Source of the DNA: Candidatus Limnocylindrus sp.
Lineage (GTDB): Bacteria > Chloroflexota > Limnocylindria > Limnocylindrales > Limnocylindraceae
Reading direction: 5' to 3'
Length of the DNA: 64,000 nt
NCBI GenBank assembly: GCA_040397175.1
Contig: JBBAWM010000001.1
Coordinates: 345,976 to 409,975 of the forward strand
The notes under the pieces are model-generated. The model did not search any database. It saw only the letters and a program-made list of their open reading frames with translations, and was not told the origin of the DNA. Below, one piece after another: positions 8,776-19,944 of the stretch; within the stretch, counting starts at the first letter, position 1; every line of letters starts with the position of its first letter. Position numbers and translations under genes: made by a program.

Positions 8776-11471
8776 CGGCGGCGCGCGAGCTCGGCCCCTC
8801 GTATCGCGCCGCTGAGGTAGAGCGCAGCGTTGCAGCCCGCTGGGCGGCAACCGATTACGGCAGCCCCGACGGACGCGAGACGCGCGATGCCGAAGGGCGT
8901 GACTCCCTGCCGCCGTTCACGATCATCATGCCGCCGCCGAATGTCACTGGCGGCTTGCACGTGGGCCACGCACTCTTCGTGACGCTCGAAGACCTCATGG
9001 TGCGTCGTGCGCGCATGCAGGGTCGAGCCGCCCTCTGGCTCCCTGGTGTCGATCACGCCTCCATCGCCGCGCAGTACGTACTCGACCGCGTTGTTGAGAG
9101 GGAGGGGAGCAGCCGCGCCGATCTGGGCCGCGAGCGCTACCTCGAGCGCATGCACCGCTTCATGGACGAGACGCGGAACACCATCCTTGGCCAGTTCCAG
9201 CGCCTCGGCGCATCGGCTGACTGGGGTCGCACCCGCTTCACCATGGACGAGGTGTCGAGCCGCGCCGTGCGCACCGCCTTCGCCACCCTCTACGAACGCG
9301 GCCTTGCGTATCGCGGTGAGGCGCTCGTGAACTGGTGCCCAGGTTGCAAGACAAGTGTCTCTGACCTCGAGTCGGTCGCGACCGAGGAGCAGGGGAGCAT
9401 CTGGGAGATTCGCTACCCACTAGAGGGGGGCGAGGCCACGAGCGGTGTCGTTGTCGCGACAACTCGACCAGAGACGCTGCTTGGTGACACCGGCGTGGCT
9501 GTGCACCCCGACGATCCGCGCTACACCGCACTCGTTGGGAAGCGCGTAATGGTGCCGTTCGTGAACCGCGCCGTTCCCGTGGTCGCCGACGCCTTCGTCG
9601 AGATGAGCTTCGGCACGGGCGCCGTGAAGGTGACCCCAGCACACGACCCCAACGACCGCGAGGTGGGACTGCGCCACAACCTGCCCGCGCTAACCATCCT
9701 TGATGAGTCGGCGCGCATCGTTGCCGATGCCCCAGCCCCGTTTGCCGGGATGGATCGCTTCAAGGCGCGTAAGGCGATCGTCGCCGCGCTTGAAGAGCTT
9801 GGCCTGCTCGTTTCGGTAAAGCCACACACGGCGAATCCCGCGCGCTGCCAGCGCAGCAACGACATCTTGGAGCCACGCCTGCGCACGCAGTGGTTCATCC
9901 GCGCCAAGCCGCTCGCCGAGAAGGCGCTCGCCGCAACGCGCTCTGGTGCAACGCAGATTGTGCCCGCGCACTTTGAAAAGACCTGGGAGCACTGGCTCAC
10001 CGAGATTCGCGATTGGAACGTGAGTCGGCAACTCTGGTGGGGGCACCGGATTCCCGCCTGGTACTGCGCCGACGGACACATCACCGTGACCGATCGCGAA
10101 GAGGGTCCGGTCGGCTGCGGTACCTGCGGAGCAGAGGCAAACACCTTGCAGCAGGAGAGCGACATCTTTGACACCTGGTTCAGCAGCGGGCTCTGGCCAT
10201 TCAGCACCCTCGGCTGGCCCGACAAGACGCCAGACCTCGCGCGCTACTACCCGTCGCAGGTGATGGAGACCGGCCACGACATCCTCTTCTTCTGGGTTGC
10301 GCGCATGATGATGCTCGGCATTGAACTCATGGGCACGCCGCCGTTTGAAACCATCTACCTGCACGGCATGGTGCGAGACCCTGAGGGGCAGAAGATGTCG
10401 AAGACAAAGGGGAACGTTGTTGACCCACTTTCGGTGATCGACGAGATCGGCGCCGACGCACTGCGCTTCGCACTCGTCTCGGGCACTGCACCGGGCGCCG
10501 ACCAGCGCCTCTCGCCAGAGAAGCTAGAGAACGCGCGCAACTTCATGAACAAGCTCTGGAATGCCGCACGCTACGTGCTTGGCGCGCGACCTGTTGAGGC
10601 GACTGGTGAACGGCTCTCGACCGCCGATGCCCATGCGGCGGCAGGGGAGTTCGGCTCCTGGATGGCCACACGTCTCAGCGCCGCTGTGGATGACGTTGAT
10701 CGCGCGCTCGGGCAGTACGGTTTCTCCGAAGCGTCGCAGCGCATCTACGACGCGATCTGGGCGGAGTACTGTGATCAAGCGATTGAGGTTGCCAAGGTGA
10801 CGCTCGCCGACGAGGCGCGTCCAGCCGCCGAACGCACCGCTGTTTGGTGGACGCTCGTTGACGCGCTCGATGATCTCTTGCGCCTGTTGCACCCGATTGC
10901 CCCGTTTATCACCGAAGGGATCTGGGAGGCGCTCCCGCACCGTGCGAGCGATCCTGGGCTCTTGGCGACGGCGGCTTGGCCGGCGCGACACGCGACGGCG
11001 AGCAGCTCAACAAGCAGCATTGATCAGTGGCTCGATCTTGTGCGCGAAGTGCGCGCAGCGCGAACCACCGCAAAGCTCCCCGCTGGTGCGTGGATTCCAC
11101 TTGTTGTTGCTGCGCCGCCACAACTCGCCAAATCGGGCGAAGGGCTGCGCTCCGCCATTGAGCGACTGGCGCGCGTGCGCCCACTCACGATCCAGTCTGC
11201 ACTCCCAACCGAGGGTGAAGGTCTCCTCGTTGTGGCGGGCACACTCACGGCGCGACTCGAGCCGCCACAGGCCGATGCCGCGACGCATGAAGCCGATCGC
11301 GCCCGATGCGAACGCGACCTTGCGGCAGCCCAGGCGCAACTTGCCGCCGCGGAGGCTCGCCTCGCCGACCCGTCGTTTACTGGGAAGGCGCCGGCCGCTG
11401 TGGTCGCAGGAGCGGAGCGCCGCGTTGCCGAGCTGCGCGATGAGATCGCACGACTCGAGCGAGGTTCGTAA
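8772..11471 (+). CDS. valS: Valine--tRNA ligase
   Basis: [20 protein letters not shown] editing motif, [26 protein letters not shown]-terminal coiled coil. Confidence 0.97.
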   Translation: MTAARELGPSYRAAEVERSVAARWAATDYGSPDGRETRDAEGRDSLPPFTIIMPPPNVTGGLHVGHALFVTLEDLMVRRARMQGRAALWLPGVDHASIAAQYVLDRVVEREGSSRADLGRERYLERMHRFMDETRNTILGQFQRLGASADWGRTRFTMDEVSSRAVRTAFATLYERGLAYRGEALVNWCPGCKTSVSDLESVATEEQGSIWEIRYPLEGGEATSGVVVATTRPETLLGDTGVAVHPDDPRYTALVGKRVMVPFVNRAVPVVADAFVEMSFGTGAVKVTPAHDPNDREVGLRHNLPALTILDESARIVADAPAPFAGMDRFKARKAIVAALEELGLLVSVKPHTANPARCQRSNDILEPRLRTQWFIRAKPLAEKALAATRSGATQIVPAHFEKTWEHWLTEIRDWNVSRQLWWGHRIPAWYCADGHITVTDREEGPVGCGTCGAEANTLQQESDIFDTWFSSGLWPFSTLGWPDKTPDLARYYPSQVMETGHDILFFWVARMMMLGIELMGTPPFETIYLHGMVRDPEGQKMSKTKGNVVDPLSVIDEIGADALRFALVSGTAPGADQRLSPEKLENARNFMNKLWNAARYVLGARPVEATGERLSTADAHAAAGEFGSWMATRLSAAVDDVDRALGQYGFSEASQRIYDAIWAEYCDQAIEVAKVTLADEARPAAERTAVWWTLVDALDDLLRLLHPIAPFITEGIWEALPHRASDPGLLATAAWPARHATASSSTSSIDQWLDLVREVRAARTTAKLPAGAWIPLVVAAPPQLAKSGEGLRSAIERLARVRPLTIQSALPTEGEGLLVVAGTLTARLEPPQADAATHEADRARCERDLAAAQAQLAAAEARLADPSFTGKAPAAVVAGAERRVAELRDEIARLERGS

Positions 11472-11716
11472 TGCCCTTCTACGACTATCTCTGCGCAAAG
11501 TGCGGCGCCACCGTTGAGGTGCTGCACGGCATCGACGAGCAGCAGGCTCGGACCCACGAAGATTGTGGTGGGTCGCTCGAACGACAATTCTCTGCGGCGA
11601 GCGTGCACTTCAAGGGGAGCGGCTGGGCCAAACTTGATCGCCGCAGCGGTGGCTCGGGCGCCTCGGATGCGCCTGCGAGCGCGCCAGCCCCGGCCCCAAA
11701 GAGCGACGCGAAGTAG
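11471..11716 (+). CDS. FmdB-family zinc-ribbon protein
   Basis: [12 protein letters not shown]...HEDCGG...FKGSGW is the family signature; low-complexity tail. Confidence 0.85.
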   Translation: MPFYDYLCAKCGATVEVLHGIDEQQARTHEDCGGSLERQFSAASVHFKGSGWAKLDRRSGGSGASDAPASAPAPAPKSDAK

Positions 11717-11748
11717 GCGATCTCCCTGATCGGGTAGGCTTCCACGCA

Positions 11749-13182
11749 ATGAGCATCAACGCCGACTCCTCGAAGACCCTCGCTGGAACCCCAGCTGCTG
11801 ACGCGACCCCCGCAGTCTCCGAGCTCGACACCATCGTCTCGTTGGCAAAGCGCCGCGGCTTTGTCTACCCGAGCTCCGAGATCTACGGCGGCATCAACGC
11901 GGTGTGGGATTACGGCCCCCTCGGCGTAGAGCTGAAGAATAATGTGAAGCGCGCCTGGTGGCGCAGCGTGGTGCAGCAGCGCCACGAAGTGGTCGGACTC
12001 GACGCCGGCATCCTGATGCACCCGCAGGTCTGGAAGACTTCGGGCCACGTCGGCTCCTTCAGCGATCCACTCGTTGAGTGCACCGCCTGCAAGCGACGCT
12101 ACCGTCTCGACGAACTCCCGGGCACGGGCGACCTCACCACCACGCAGCTCGCCGATGCCGAGATCGTTGCGAAGATGGGCCTGAAGTGCCCTGACTGCGA
12201 AGGGGCACTCACCGCGCCGCGCCGATTCAACCTGATGTTCAAGACGTTCATGGGCCCGGTCGAAGAGGATGCCTCAGTCATCTACCTTCGCCCCGAGACG
12301 GCGCAGGGCGCCTATGTGCAGCACAAGAACGTGCGCGATTCGTCGCGAAAGAAGATCCCGTTCGGCATCGCACAGATCGGCAAGTCGTTCCGCAATGAGA
12401 TCAGCCCTGGAAACTTCGTCTTCCGCATGCGCGAGTTTGAGCAGATGGAGCTGCAGATGTTCGTGCGCCCAGACGAGGCCGCCACTGCTGCGTTCGAGGA
12501 GTGGCTGCCGCGACGACTGGAGTGGTACAAGTCGTACGGCGTTTCGCCAGAGCGACTCCGCATGCGCGAGCATGCTCCTGACGAGTTGGCCCACTACGCC
12601 AAGCGCGCCATTGACGTGGAGTACCGCTTCCCATTCGGCTGGAAGGAGCTCGAGGGGATTCACAACCGTGGTGACTTCGACCTCTCGCGCCACGCCGCTG
12701 AGAGCGGCGAGAGCCTCGACTACTTTGACCCTGCGACCGAGACCTCATTCACCCCATGGGTGGTTGAGGCCGCCGCTGGTGCAGATCGCGCCGCCTTCAC
12801 CTTCCTGATCGACGCCTACCGCGAGGAGGTGGTGCGCGACGAGAAGCGCGTCGTCCTCTCGCTGCATCCAGAGTTGGCGCCGTACAAGGTGGCGGTCCTG
12901 CCGCTCCTCAAGAAGCGCGACGACCTTGTGGAGATGGCGCACCGCATTCGCGACGGCCTCTCACGCGAGTTCACCGCCGTCTACGACGACACCGCCGCAA
13001 TCGGCAAGCTCTATCGCCGGCAGGATGAGATCGGCACGCCGTGGTGCATCTGCGTCGACGTGGACTCCATGGATGACAACGCTGTCACCGTGCGCGATCG
13101 CGACACCATGGAGCAGGAGCGCGTCAGCGCTGATCGTCTGGAGGAGTTCTTCCTCGCGAAGTTGCGCGCCTCGCGCCCTTAG
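11749..13182 (+). CDS. glyQS: Glycine--tRNA ligase, homodimeric (alpha2) type
   Basis: KRRGFVYPSSEIYGG, LRPETAQG, FRNEISP, REFEQME, IGKLYRRQDEIGTP. Confidence 0.96.
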   Translation: MSINADSSKTLAGTPAADATPAVSELDTIVSLAKRRGFVYPSSEIYGGINAVWDYGPLGVELKNNVKRAWWRSVVQQRHEVVGLDAGILMHPQVWKTSGHVGSFSDPLVECTACKRRYRLDELPGTGDLTTTQLADAEIVAKMGLKCPDCEGALTAPRRFNLMFKTFMGPVEEDASVIYLRPETAQGAYVQHKNVRDSSRKKIPFGIAQIGKSFRNEISPGNFVFRMREFEQMELQMFVRPDEAATAAFEEWLPRRLEWYKSYGVSPERLRMREHAPDELAHYAKRAIDVEYRFPFGWKELEGIHNRGDFDLSRHAAESGESLDYFDPATETSFTPWVVEAAAGADRAAFTFLIDAYREEVVRDEKRVVLSLHPELAPYKVAVLPLLKKRDDLVEMAHRIRDGLSREFTAVYDDTAAIGKLYRRQDEIGTPWCICVDVDSMDDNAVTVRDRDTMEQERVSADRLEEFFLAKLRASRP

Positions 13183-13994
13183 GCTTCGGTCGCGCCTGTC
13201 GGCTGCTTGCCAGCTGGCCAGTAGAGCTCCTTATGGATCGCCCCCTCAGGAAGGCCGTAGGCTGAGAGTTCGCGCTCGGCTGCGACGATCATCTCGGGAT
13301 TCCCGCAGAGGTAGGCGATCGCCTCGTTCGCATTAACACCGAGATCTCGCAGCGCTGACTGAATGATGCTCTCGACGCGACCGGTGCGGCCCGTCCAGCC
13401 GGCATTGAGTGGATCAGTCGGTCGTGAAATGGTTGGAACGTAGGTGGCTGGATAGGCGCCACTCTTCTCCCACCCCTCAATCAGATCGCGGTAGCCAATG
13501 TCGCTGACGTAGCTCACACCATTTAGGTAGATCGCACGGCGTGGGGCACCATCGTCGGCGAGGGTGCGCGCCATGCTGACAAACGGTGCGATCCCCGTGC
13601 CCGACGAGACGTAGATCTGCACGCGCGAATCGGCGGGCTCCATCGTGAACTTCCCCTTTGGGGCGAGCACGCGCAGTCGGTGGCCAACCGGCAGTGAGAA
13701 GACGAGCGGCGTAAACGCTCCGCCACGGACGAGTCGGAGGTACAGCTCATAGCCGCCATCGAGGGCGCGCGCCGAGGAGGCTACGGAGTAGGGGCGCTGC
13801 ACAAACTTCTCGCCGACCTTCACGCCGATCGTCACGTACTGACCAGGTTCGAATGGGGTCGGTACGCCGTCGGGCTTGATCCAAACACGTGCGAGCGTGT
13901 CGGTGTCGTCGATGCGTGCCGCGAGGGTCGCGTTATAGGCGGGGTCGTCGGCAAGGATGCCGAACGAGGCGGGGGTAGCTGCCGTCTCTGCCAT
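13179..13994 (-). CDS. fpr: Ferredoxin/flavodoxin--NADP+ reductase
   Basis: RPYSVAS FAD motif, GTGIAPF, YLCGNPEM, C-terminal ELYW. Confidence 0.85.
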   Translation of the reverse strand: MAETAATPASFGILADDPAYNATLAARIDDTDTLARVWIKPDGVPTPFEPGQYVTIGVKVGEKFVQRPYSVASSARALDGGYELYLRLVRGGAFTPLVFSLPVGHRLRVLAPKGKFTMEPADSRVQIYVSSGTGIAPFVSMARTLADDGAPRRAIYLNGVSYVSDIGYRDLIEGWEKSGAYPATYVPTISRPTDPLNAGWTGRTGRVESIIQSALRDLGVNANEAIAYLCGNPEMIVAAERELSAYGLPEGAIHKELYWPAGKQPTGATEA

Positions 13995-14092
13995 TGGGCC
14001 TCCTCACGGTTAGTGCGACCCTGAGCGTCGCCGTTGCAGGGGAGTGTAGGGGAGGGGGGGCGCGGGCGCCTTGGCCGAAGGGAGGTGTCGGC

Positions 14093-14101
14093 TGCTATTC
14101 T
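14093..14101 (+). promoter_or_regulatory. Putative extended -10 promoter for dnaG-rpoD
   Basis: TG-C-TATTCT about 75 nt upstream of the dnaG ATG; the leader contains AAGGAGGT. Confidence 0.4.
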
Positions 14102-14176
14102 GCGCCCAACTGCGCTTGACACTCACGGGCAACTGCTTTGCCCGATCACGGAATTACGAAGGAGGTCTCCCTACCG

Positions 14177-16090
14177 ATGGCTTCCGGAAGCGTCGCTGAG
14201 ATCAAGAGCCGACTCGCCGTCGCCGACGTCGTTGGCGAGACCGTCGCGCTGCGTAAAGCGGGCGCCGCGTTTAAGGGCCTCTGCCCATTCCACGGCGAGA
14301 AGACCCCCTCGTTCGTTGTGACACCTGCCCGCGAAACCTGGAAGTGCTTCGGCTGCGGCAAGGGGGGAGACATCTTCACCTTCGTCATGGAGCGTGACAG
14401 CCTCCCGTTCGGTGAGGCACTCACCCTCCTCGCCGCCAAGGCGGGCGTCACGATTGACGATCGAAGTCGCGCCGAAGATGCGCGCAAGGTGCGCCTCCGC
14501 GATGTCCTTGAAGGGGCGGTGAGCTTCTATCACGCCATCCTTACCTCACACGAGCTCGGTCGCCCCGCACTCGACTACCTGCACTCGCGCGGATTCACCG
14601 ATGAGACCATCGAGGCGCAGCGACTCGGCTGGTCACCCGATTCATGGGACGCCTGCTCCAAGGCGCTCGCCGCAAAGCGTGGCGCAACACCCGCTGAGCT
14701 TGCCGCTGTCGGTCTCACCACCGAACGCGATGGTGGCCGTGGTGCCTATGACCGCTTCCGCGCACGTGTGATCTTTCCGATCCGCGATGCGAACGGCAAG
14801 ATTACCGGACTCGGTGGCCGCCTTCTCCCCGATGACGACAAGCGCGGCGATCGCGGCCCAAAGTATTTGAACAGCGCAGCAACAGAACTCTTCGACAAGT
14901 CGCGCACCCTCTATCTCATTGACAAGGCGAAGCCGGCGATGCGTAAATCCGGCACTGGGGTACTGGTTGAGGGATACACCGACGCACTGATGGCGCATCA
15001 GTCTGGGTTCACCAATGTCGTCGCCAGCATGGGAACCGCACTCACCCCCGCCCAGGTCGCGCTGCTCTTGCGCTACGGATCGAAGATCCTCTTGGCGTAT
15101 GACGTTGACGCGGCGGGTGCAAAGGCGGGCGCATTTGGTGCCACGGAGCTGTTGCGCCTCGTCACTGAGCTCGGTAGCGCCGATGGCGGGCCGTCACTCG
15201 TTGACGTGGGGATTGTGCGCCTCCCTGACGGGAAAGACCCCGATGAGGTCGTTCGCGATCAACCGGAGATTTGGCGCACCTCAACGGAGCAGCCGATTCC
15301 AGTGGTGGAGTACCTCATTGATACGCACGCCCAGGCGCACGACTTGAAGGATCTCGGTGGCCGCAAGCGTGCCATTGACGGCATCAAGCCGATCCTGCGC
15401 AGCCTCCGCGACCCGATCGTCCGCGACGGATATATCTCTGCCGCTGCACGACGCATCGGCGTAGACGAGAACTCGATTCGCGAAGCGATGATCCAGCGCG
15501 GCGCTGAGTCGGCTGGCGCAGAGAGTCGTATCTCCGCGGATCGCGTGCGAGCCGCCGATGCGGACGGCGACATCGATTCCATCCTTTCCGGGGTTACCTC
15601 CCCCGAGGCGGAACTGCTTCGCCTCCTTATTGCGGCGCCGGCCGAGCGGCTCCGCGTGCGTGACGTTCTCGTTGACCAGCTCTTTACGAGTGGGCTGGCG
15701 CGCTCACTTTGGCGCGGACTCCGGGCGGCACTCGACGGTGCGCTGGAGGCGGGGGCGACCGTTGATGCCCTGGAGCGCCTACCCAGTACGATTGAGGGCG
15801 AAGAGCGCCGACTGGCGCAGGCACTCTCCGTGCGTCTTGGGGCCACCGTTGAGCTTGCGCGGATACGGATTGGCATTGATCAGACCATTCTGCGGCTAGA
15901 GGCCGATCGTCTCGAGGAGGCGATGGCCTGGTCGCGTAGTGAGATTGCCGAGGCGGAGCGAGAGGGTGATGCCGTTCGCGTTCGAACCCTCATGGAGGCT
16001 GAACGAGATCTAGGACAAAAGCGAAAGGCGCTCGACCGACGCTTCTTGGCGTCGGGAGTGCTCACAGCGGCAAAGGGGGGGAGCAAGTGA
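14177..16090 (+). CDS. dnaG: DNA primase
   Basis: CHC2 zinc finger (CPFH...CFGC), [29 protein letters not shown] and YDVDAAG; upstream of rpoD. Confidence 0.96.
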   Translation: MASGSVAEIKSRLAVADVVGETVALRKAGAAFKGLCPFHGEKTPSFVVTPARETWKCFGCGKGGDIFTFVMERDSLPFGEALTLLAAKAGVTIDDRSRAEDARKVRLRDVLEGAVSFYHAILTSHELGRPALDYLHSRGFTDETIEAQRLGWSPDSWDACSKALAAKRGATPAELAAVGLTTERDGGRGAYDRFRARVIFPIRDANGKITGLGGRLLPDDDKRGDRGPKYLNSAATELFDKSRTLYLIDKAKPAMRKSGTGVLVEGYTDALMAHQSGFTNVVASMGTALTPAQVALLLRYGSKILLAYDVDAAGAKAGAFGATELLRLVTELGSADGGPSLVDVGIVRLPDGKDPDEVVRDQPEIWRTSTEQPIPVVEYLIDTHAQAHDLKDLGGRKRAIDGIKPILRSLRDPIVRDGYISAAARRIGVDENSIREAMIQRGAESAGAESRISADRVRAADADGDIDSILSGVTSPEAELLRLLIAAPAERLRVRDVLVDQLFTSGLARSLWRGLRAALDGALEAGATVDALERLPSTIEGEERRLAQALSVRLGATVELARIRIGIDQTILRLEADRLEEAMAWSRSEIAEAEREGDAVRVRTLMEAERDLGQKRKALDRRFLASGVLTAAKGGSK

Positions 16091-16653
16091 CGAAGGCGAA
16101 GCAGGTGAGCAAGGTGGCTGTAAGCACGACGGCAAAGGCGGCGCCAGTGAAGGCTGCACCAACGAAGGTCGCCCCAAAGGTCGCTGCAAAGCCCGTCACG
16201 AAGGTTGCTGCTAAGCCCGCTGCGAAGTCAGCCCCAAAGCTTGTCGCAAAGCCGACGGCGAAGTCCGTCGCGAAGCCGGCCGTGAAGTTGCTCGCCAAAC
16301 CAGTCGCAAAGCGTGCAACGCTCGCAACGTCAAAGCCAGCCCCAAAGCCTGTGACCAAGGCTGTACCAAAGCCCGCTGTGAAAGCAGCTCCGAAGCGGCC
16401 AGTACCAACAAAGGTTGTCACGAAGAGTGCAACCAAGCCAGCGGCAAAGAATTCCGCGAAGCCGATCGCCAAGGCGAAGCCAGTCGTGAAGCCTGCGCCA
16501 GCGAAGGTGAAGAAGTCTGGCTCACTCGCAACGTCACCCGTATCGACCGCGAAGTCAAAGGGGGCGAAGGCGGCACCAGCGGTGTCAGTCCCCCCTGTCA
16601 AGGCGCAGGGGAAACTCGCGAAGGGAAAGGCCGCGTCCGGTCCAACCGCGAAG
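16087..16653 (+). repeat. Low-complexity degenerate repeats encoding (V/A)AKP(A/V) units in the RpoD N-terminus
   Basis: Repeated VAAKP, VAKP, AKPA and KPV units over about 189 codons; no acidic residue until residue ~191. Confidence 0.85.
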
Positions 16654-18225
16654 CTTGATGGCGTCGCTGAGCCGGGTGCCGCGGACCTCGCCGAGATTGA
16701 AGTTGATGGTGTTGAGATGCTGAGTCCGGAGGCGGCCGCAGCACTCCTTGTTGCCGAGGTCGCCCCAGAGGCACCGAAGCCTGAAGTTGTCGAGCCAGTT
16801 GCGGAGTCAACGGGTGTTGACGATCCAGTGCGCATGTACCTCAAGGAGATTGGCCGCGTCGGACTACTCACCGCCGAGGAGGAGGTCGTGCTTGCCAAGA
16901 TGATTGAGCTTGGTGAGCAGATGGCCGACGAGCCGTGGAAGGCCGTCTACAACCTGCACCAGTGGACGTACCACGAGACCGAGCTCAAGACACGCAAGAA
17001 GAAGGAGTGGTACCGCCTTGATCCGGCGCTCGCCGCCAAGGCGCATGCGACCTATGCCGATGCGATCGGTGCGTGGGTCAAGGGGCATCACGTCCACGAG
17101 TGCAAGGTGACCGGTTTCGACAAGGCCTCGCGTGAGGTGACGGGCGAGACCGCGAAGAAGAATTTGATGATTGCGAAGAGCCTCGTGAAGTCGTTCAACG
17201 AGCCGAACCGCCGCAACCTTGCAGCGAAGACTGCAGAGATTATTGACTTTGCCTTTGCAACGGTAGGAACCGGCGATATGGAGAGCCGTGACAACGGCGT
17301 GCTCCAGAAGCTCTTCCTTTGGGCCCGTGACGAGATTGCCTGGCCAGCACTCGAGACGTGGATCGTGCAGGGGAAGCACATTGCTAAAGATGGGAAGGAC
17401 TGGATCCGCGAGGCGGGTTGGGATCCCGAGAATCCGGCGCTCGGTAAGCTGCGGGGCCGCGAAGGCTACGTGGTGCAGCTCGGCTGGCGCGGACGCGAGG
17501 AGTTGACCAAGGCGAACCTGCGCCTTGTCGTCTCGATCGCCAAGAAGTACATCGGTCGTGGCATGAGCTTCCTAGATCTGATCCAAGAGGGGAACATCGG
17601 CCTCATCCGCGCCGTGGAGAAGTTCGAGTACATCAAGGGCTTCAAGTTCTCGACCTATGCGACGTGGTGGATTCGCCAAGCGATCACGCGCGCGATTGCG
17701 GATCAGGCCCGAACGATCCGCATCCCGGTGCATATGTATGAACAGCTCAACCGTCTCACCCGCGTCCAGCGCCAGCTCTTCCAGGAGTTGGGCCGCGAGG
17801 CGACGGATGATGAGATTGCCAAGGAGCTCACCAAGGTGACCGAGTCTGAAGTCACCGCAGAGCGCGTGCGAGAGATGCGTAAGGTGAGCCAGGAGCCGGT
17901 CTCCCTCGAGACGCCGATCGGCGAAGAGGAGGATAGCCACCTCGGCGACTTCATCGAGGATAAGGCGGCAAAGAAGCCAGACGAGGCGGCGAACAGCCAG
18001 CTCCTCTCCGAGCAGATCGTGGCGACGCTGGAGTCACTCAGCCTCCGCGAGCAGCGGGTGCTACGACTGCGCTTCGGCCTGGAAGATGGTCGCCAGCGCA
18101 CCCTGGAGGAGGTCGGGGCGGAGTTCAACGTAACCCGCGAACGCATCCGTCAGATCGAGGCGAAGGCGCTGCGCAAGTTGCGCCACCCGTCGCGTGCCCG
18201 CAAGCTGCGCGACTACCTCGACTAG
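16087..18225 (+). CDS. rpoD: Primary RNA polymerase sigma factor (RpoD/SigA) with a long Lys/Ala/Pro-rich N-terminus
   Basis: [12 protein letters not shown] (region 1.2), [64 protein letters not shown]. Confidence 0.96.
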   Translation: MTKAKQVSKVAVSTTAKAAPVKAAPTKVAPKVAAKPVTKVAAKPAAKSAPKLVAKPTAKSVAKPAVKLLAKPVAKRATLATSKPAPKPVTKAVPKPAVKAAPKRPVPTKVVTKSATKPAAKNSAKPIAKAKPVVKPAPAKVKKSGSLATSPVSTAKSKGAKAAPAVSVPPVKAQGKLAKGKAASGPTAKLDGVAEPGAADLAEIEVDGVEMLSPEAAAALLVAEVAPEAPKPEVVEPVAESTGVDDPVRMYLKEIGRVGLLTAEEEVVLAKMIELGEQMADEPWKAVYNLHQWTYHETELKTRKKKEWYRLDPALAAKAHATYADAIGAWVKGHHVHECKVTGFDKASREVTGETAKKNLMIAKSLVKSFNEPNRRNLAAKTAEIIDFAFATVGTGDMESRDNGVLQKLFLWARDEIAWPALETWIVQGKHIAKDGKDWIREAGWDPENPALGKLRGREGYVVQLGWRGREELTKANLRLVVSIAKKYIGRGMSFLDLIQEGNIGLIRAVEKFEYIKGFKFSTYATWWIRQAITRAIADQARTIRIPVHMYEQLNRLTRVQRQLFQELGREATDDEIAKELTKVTESEVTAERVREMRKVSQEPVSLETPIGEEEDSHLGDFIEDKAAKKPDEAANSQLLSEQIVATLESLSLREQRVLRLRFGLEDGRQRTLEEVGAEFNVTRERIRQIEAKALRKLRHPSRARKLRDYLD

Positions 18226-18297
18226 GGGGTTCGTGCGGCGGCGAGGAGCGACGGCCCTCCCTGCTAATATTCCGCTCGCGGCAGCGGCCGCGGTCAT

Positions 18298-18372
18298 TCC
18301 GGCGTAGCTCAGTGGTAGAGCGGGCGGCTGTTAACCGCCATGTCGTAGGTTCGAATCCTACCGCCGGAGCCA
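18298..18372 (+). tRNA. tRNA-Asn(GTT)
   Basis: TCCGGCG/CGCCGGA acceptor stem plus GCCA; anticodon arm GGCGG-CTGTTAA-CCGCC; GTTCGAAT T-loop; TG-C-TAATAT upstream at 18262-18270. Confidence 0.96.
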
Positions 18373-18400
18373 GCACCTAACGCAAGAGTGGAGGGCGAGA

Positions 18401-18769
18401 ATGGTTGCAACTGGACTCAGCGAGAGCCCTCAGGCCTACCGCGTCAAGTTGCTCGAGCAGAGCGACAGCCAGATCGATGCCTGGGCTACCGGCTCACTGC
18501 GCGACATGGCGAAGCGCAAGGGCATCGTCGCTACCATCCATGAGTTTTCCCACTCCGCACACCTCGACGAGGATGCGCTGGCGGGCGCCTACACGCTTGG
18601 TGGCGGACCGGCCGCAACGATGGGGCGCGACGCTGAGGGGCGACTGCTTCTTCCTGCGGTCAGCCTCTGGTGCCTTGTTCCCGGCCTCCGCGCCGCCGAT
18701 CCAAAGGGCGGTCGCGACCGACTCGTCGCCTTTCTCGTAGCAACCTTCGAAGAGGTCGTCTACATCTAA
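18401..18769 (+). CDS. Hypothetical protein (122 aa)
   Basis: GGAGGG Shine-Dalgarno, ATG start, fills the gap between tRNA-Asn and parB, host-like codon usage. No family recognised. Confidence 0.7.
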   Translation: MVATGLSESPQAYRVKLLEQSDSQIDAWATGSLRDMAKRKGIVATIHEFSHSAHLDEDALAGAYTLGGGPAATMGRDAEGRLLLPAVSLWCLVPGLRAADPKGGRDRLVAFLVATFEEVVYI

Positions 18770-18779
18770 CTGCGGTCGG

Positions 18780-19823
18780 TTACTCCGACTTCTGGCGCAA
18801 GATCGCAGCGAGGTTGTCGAGCTTGTTCCGCGCGATCAGCAGCCACTTGGCCATGTTGGCGCGATCTGTTTCACTGAGCGGCGCCCCTGCCTCTGGCTGA
18901 TCGATCTCGTGCAGCACGCCAGCAAGTGCGTCGATAGAGTTAGCGAGGCTGTCACGGGCGCTGGTTAACGCTGCGTCAGATGCAGAGGCGATGGCCGCTG
19001 CCTGTGCCGAGATCGGCTCCGACGCACTCGGTACGACTGGCTTGGTCGCCGCAATAATCGGGCGCTCGTTTGCTGCGGCATATGGGAAGATCGACGGCGC
19101 GGCAACGTCTGCTGCGACGGCTGGTTCTGGGCGCTCCTCGCGCACCACGCTCTTGAGACGGGCGAGCGAGAGCTCCCCACGCATCACCTGAGCCGCGAGT
19201 TCACCACGGCGGGCCTGGTCGGTGATCTTCATCAACTCGTAGGCGTGGCTGATTGTGTCGGAGCGCTCCGCGACGAGCGCGCGGATGTCGGCCGGGGCAT
19301 GAATCAGGCGCAGGCGATTCTCGACGTAGCCCTTGTCCTTGCCGATACGCTCGGCCAGTTTGCGAATGCTGTAGCCGAGTTCGCTCGTCATGCGCGCGAA
19401 GATCGCCGCTTCATTGAGTGGCGAGAGATCTTCACGCTGGAGGTTCTCAATGATCGCAACCTCAAGGGCGATCTCATCGCTCATCGCCTCAACGATTGCG
19501 GGGATCATTGGGAGTCCGAGCGAGAGCACCGCCCGCCAGCGACGCTCGCCCGCAACGATCTCGTAGGAGCCCGGCTCCGTTGGGCGAACGATGATCGGCT
19601 GCAGCACGCCGTGCTCCCGAATGCTGGCGGTGAGCTCGTCAATCGCGAGCGGTGGGAGTGCGAGACGAGGCTGTTTCGCGTTGACCGCCACGCGGTCGAC
19701 GGCAATGTGGCGCACCGAACGATCACCCTGAGCCCCCTCTGGTGGGAGGAGCGAGAGGATGGAGTCGTCAAGCTCCTGCCCGCTGAGCCCGGAATCGCCC
19801 GCTGGCTGCTTCGCCTTCGGCAT
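18780..19823 (-). CDS. ParB/RepB/Spo0J family protein (no adjacent parA)
   Basis: QPR...[18 protein letters not shown]...AGERRWRA (CTPase arginine patch), [15 protein letters not shown]; AAGGAGG Shine-Dalgarno. Confidence 0.9.
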   Translation of the reverse strand: MPKAKQPAGDSGLSGQELDDSILSLLPPEGAQGDRSVRHIAVDRVAVNAKQPRLALPPLAIDELTASIREHGVLQPIIVRPTEPGSYEIVAGERRWRAVLSLGLPMIPAIVEAMSDEIALEVAIIENLQREDLSPLNEAAIFARMTSELGYSIRKLAERIGKDKGYVENRLRLIHAPADIRALVAERSDTISHAYELMKITDQARRGELAAQVMRGELSLARLKSVVREERPEPAVAADVAAPSIFPYAAANERPIIAATKPVVPSASEPISAQAAAIASASDAALTSARDSLANSIDALAGVLHEIDQPEAGAPLSETDRANMAKWLLIARNKLDNLAAILRQKSE

Positions 19824-19944
19824 ACTGCCTCCTTGCCGCTTCGTGCGCCTTGCGGCCCACCGTTTCGCCGCATCGTACCGCGCAAGGGGTGTGGGAGAAT
19901 CGTGCGAAGCGAAGCGCCCCTATCGGGGCAGCAGGGAGGTGTGT

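Noticed and set aside
8700-11748. T-box leaders for valS and glyQS
   Set aside because: valS overlaps clpX and glyQS has a 32-nt spacer, so there is no room for one; no T-box motif seen.
16062-16898. 278-aa minus-strand ORF with repeated GFA/AGF units
   Set aside because: It is the reverse complement of the RpoD AKP repeats; no independent evidence of coding.
18866-18881. parS-like TGTTTCAC inside parB
   Set aside because: Only a half-site; the second half does not match GTGAAACA.
18298-19823. Possible integrated element at tRNA-Asn (tRNA + hypothetical + ParB)
   Set aside because: No integrase, no duplicated tRNA 3' end and no visible compositional shift.
19824-19944. Cobalamin riboswitch upstream of the mutase
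   Set aside because: The spacer is only about 120 nt, is shared with the divergent parB, and has no B12-box or GGGAA/GCCACTG core.
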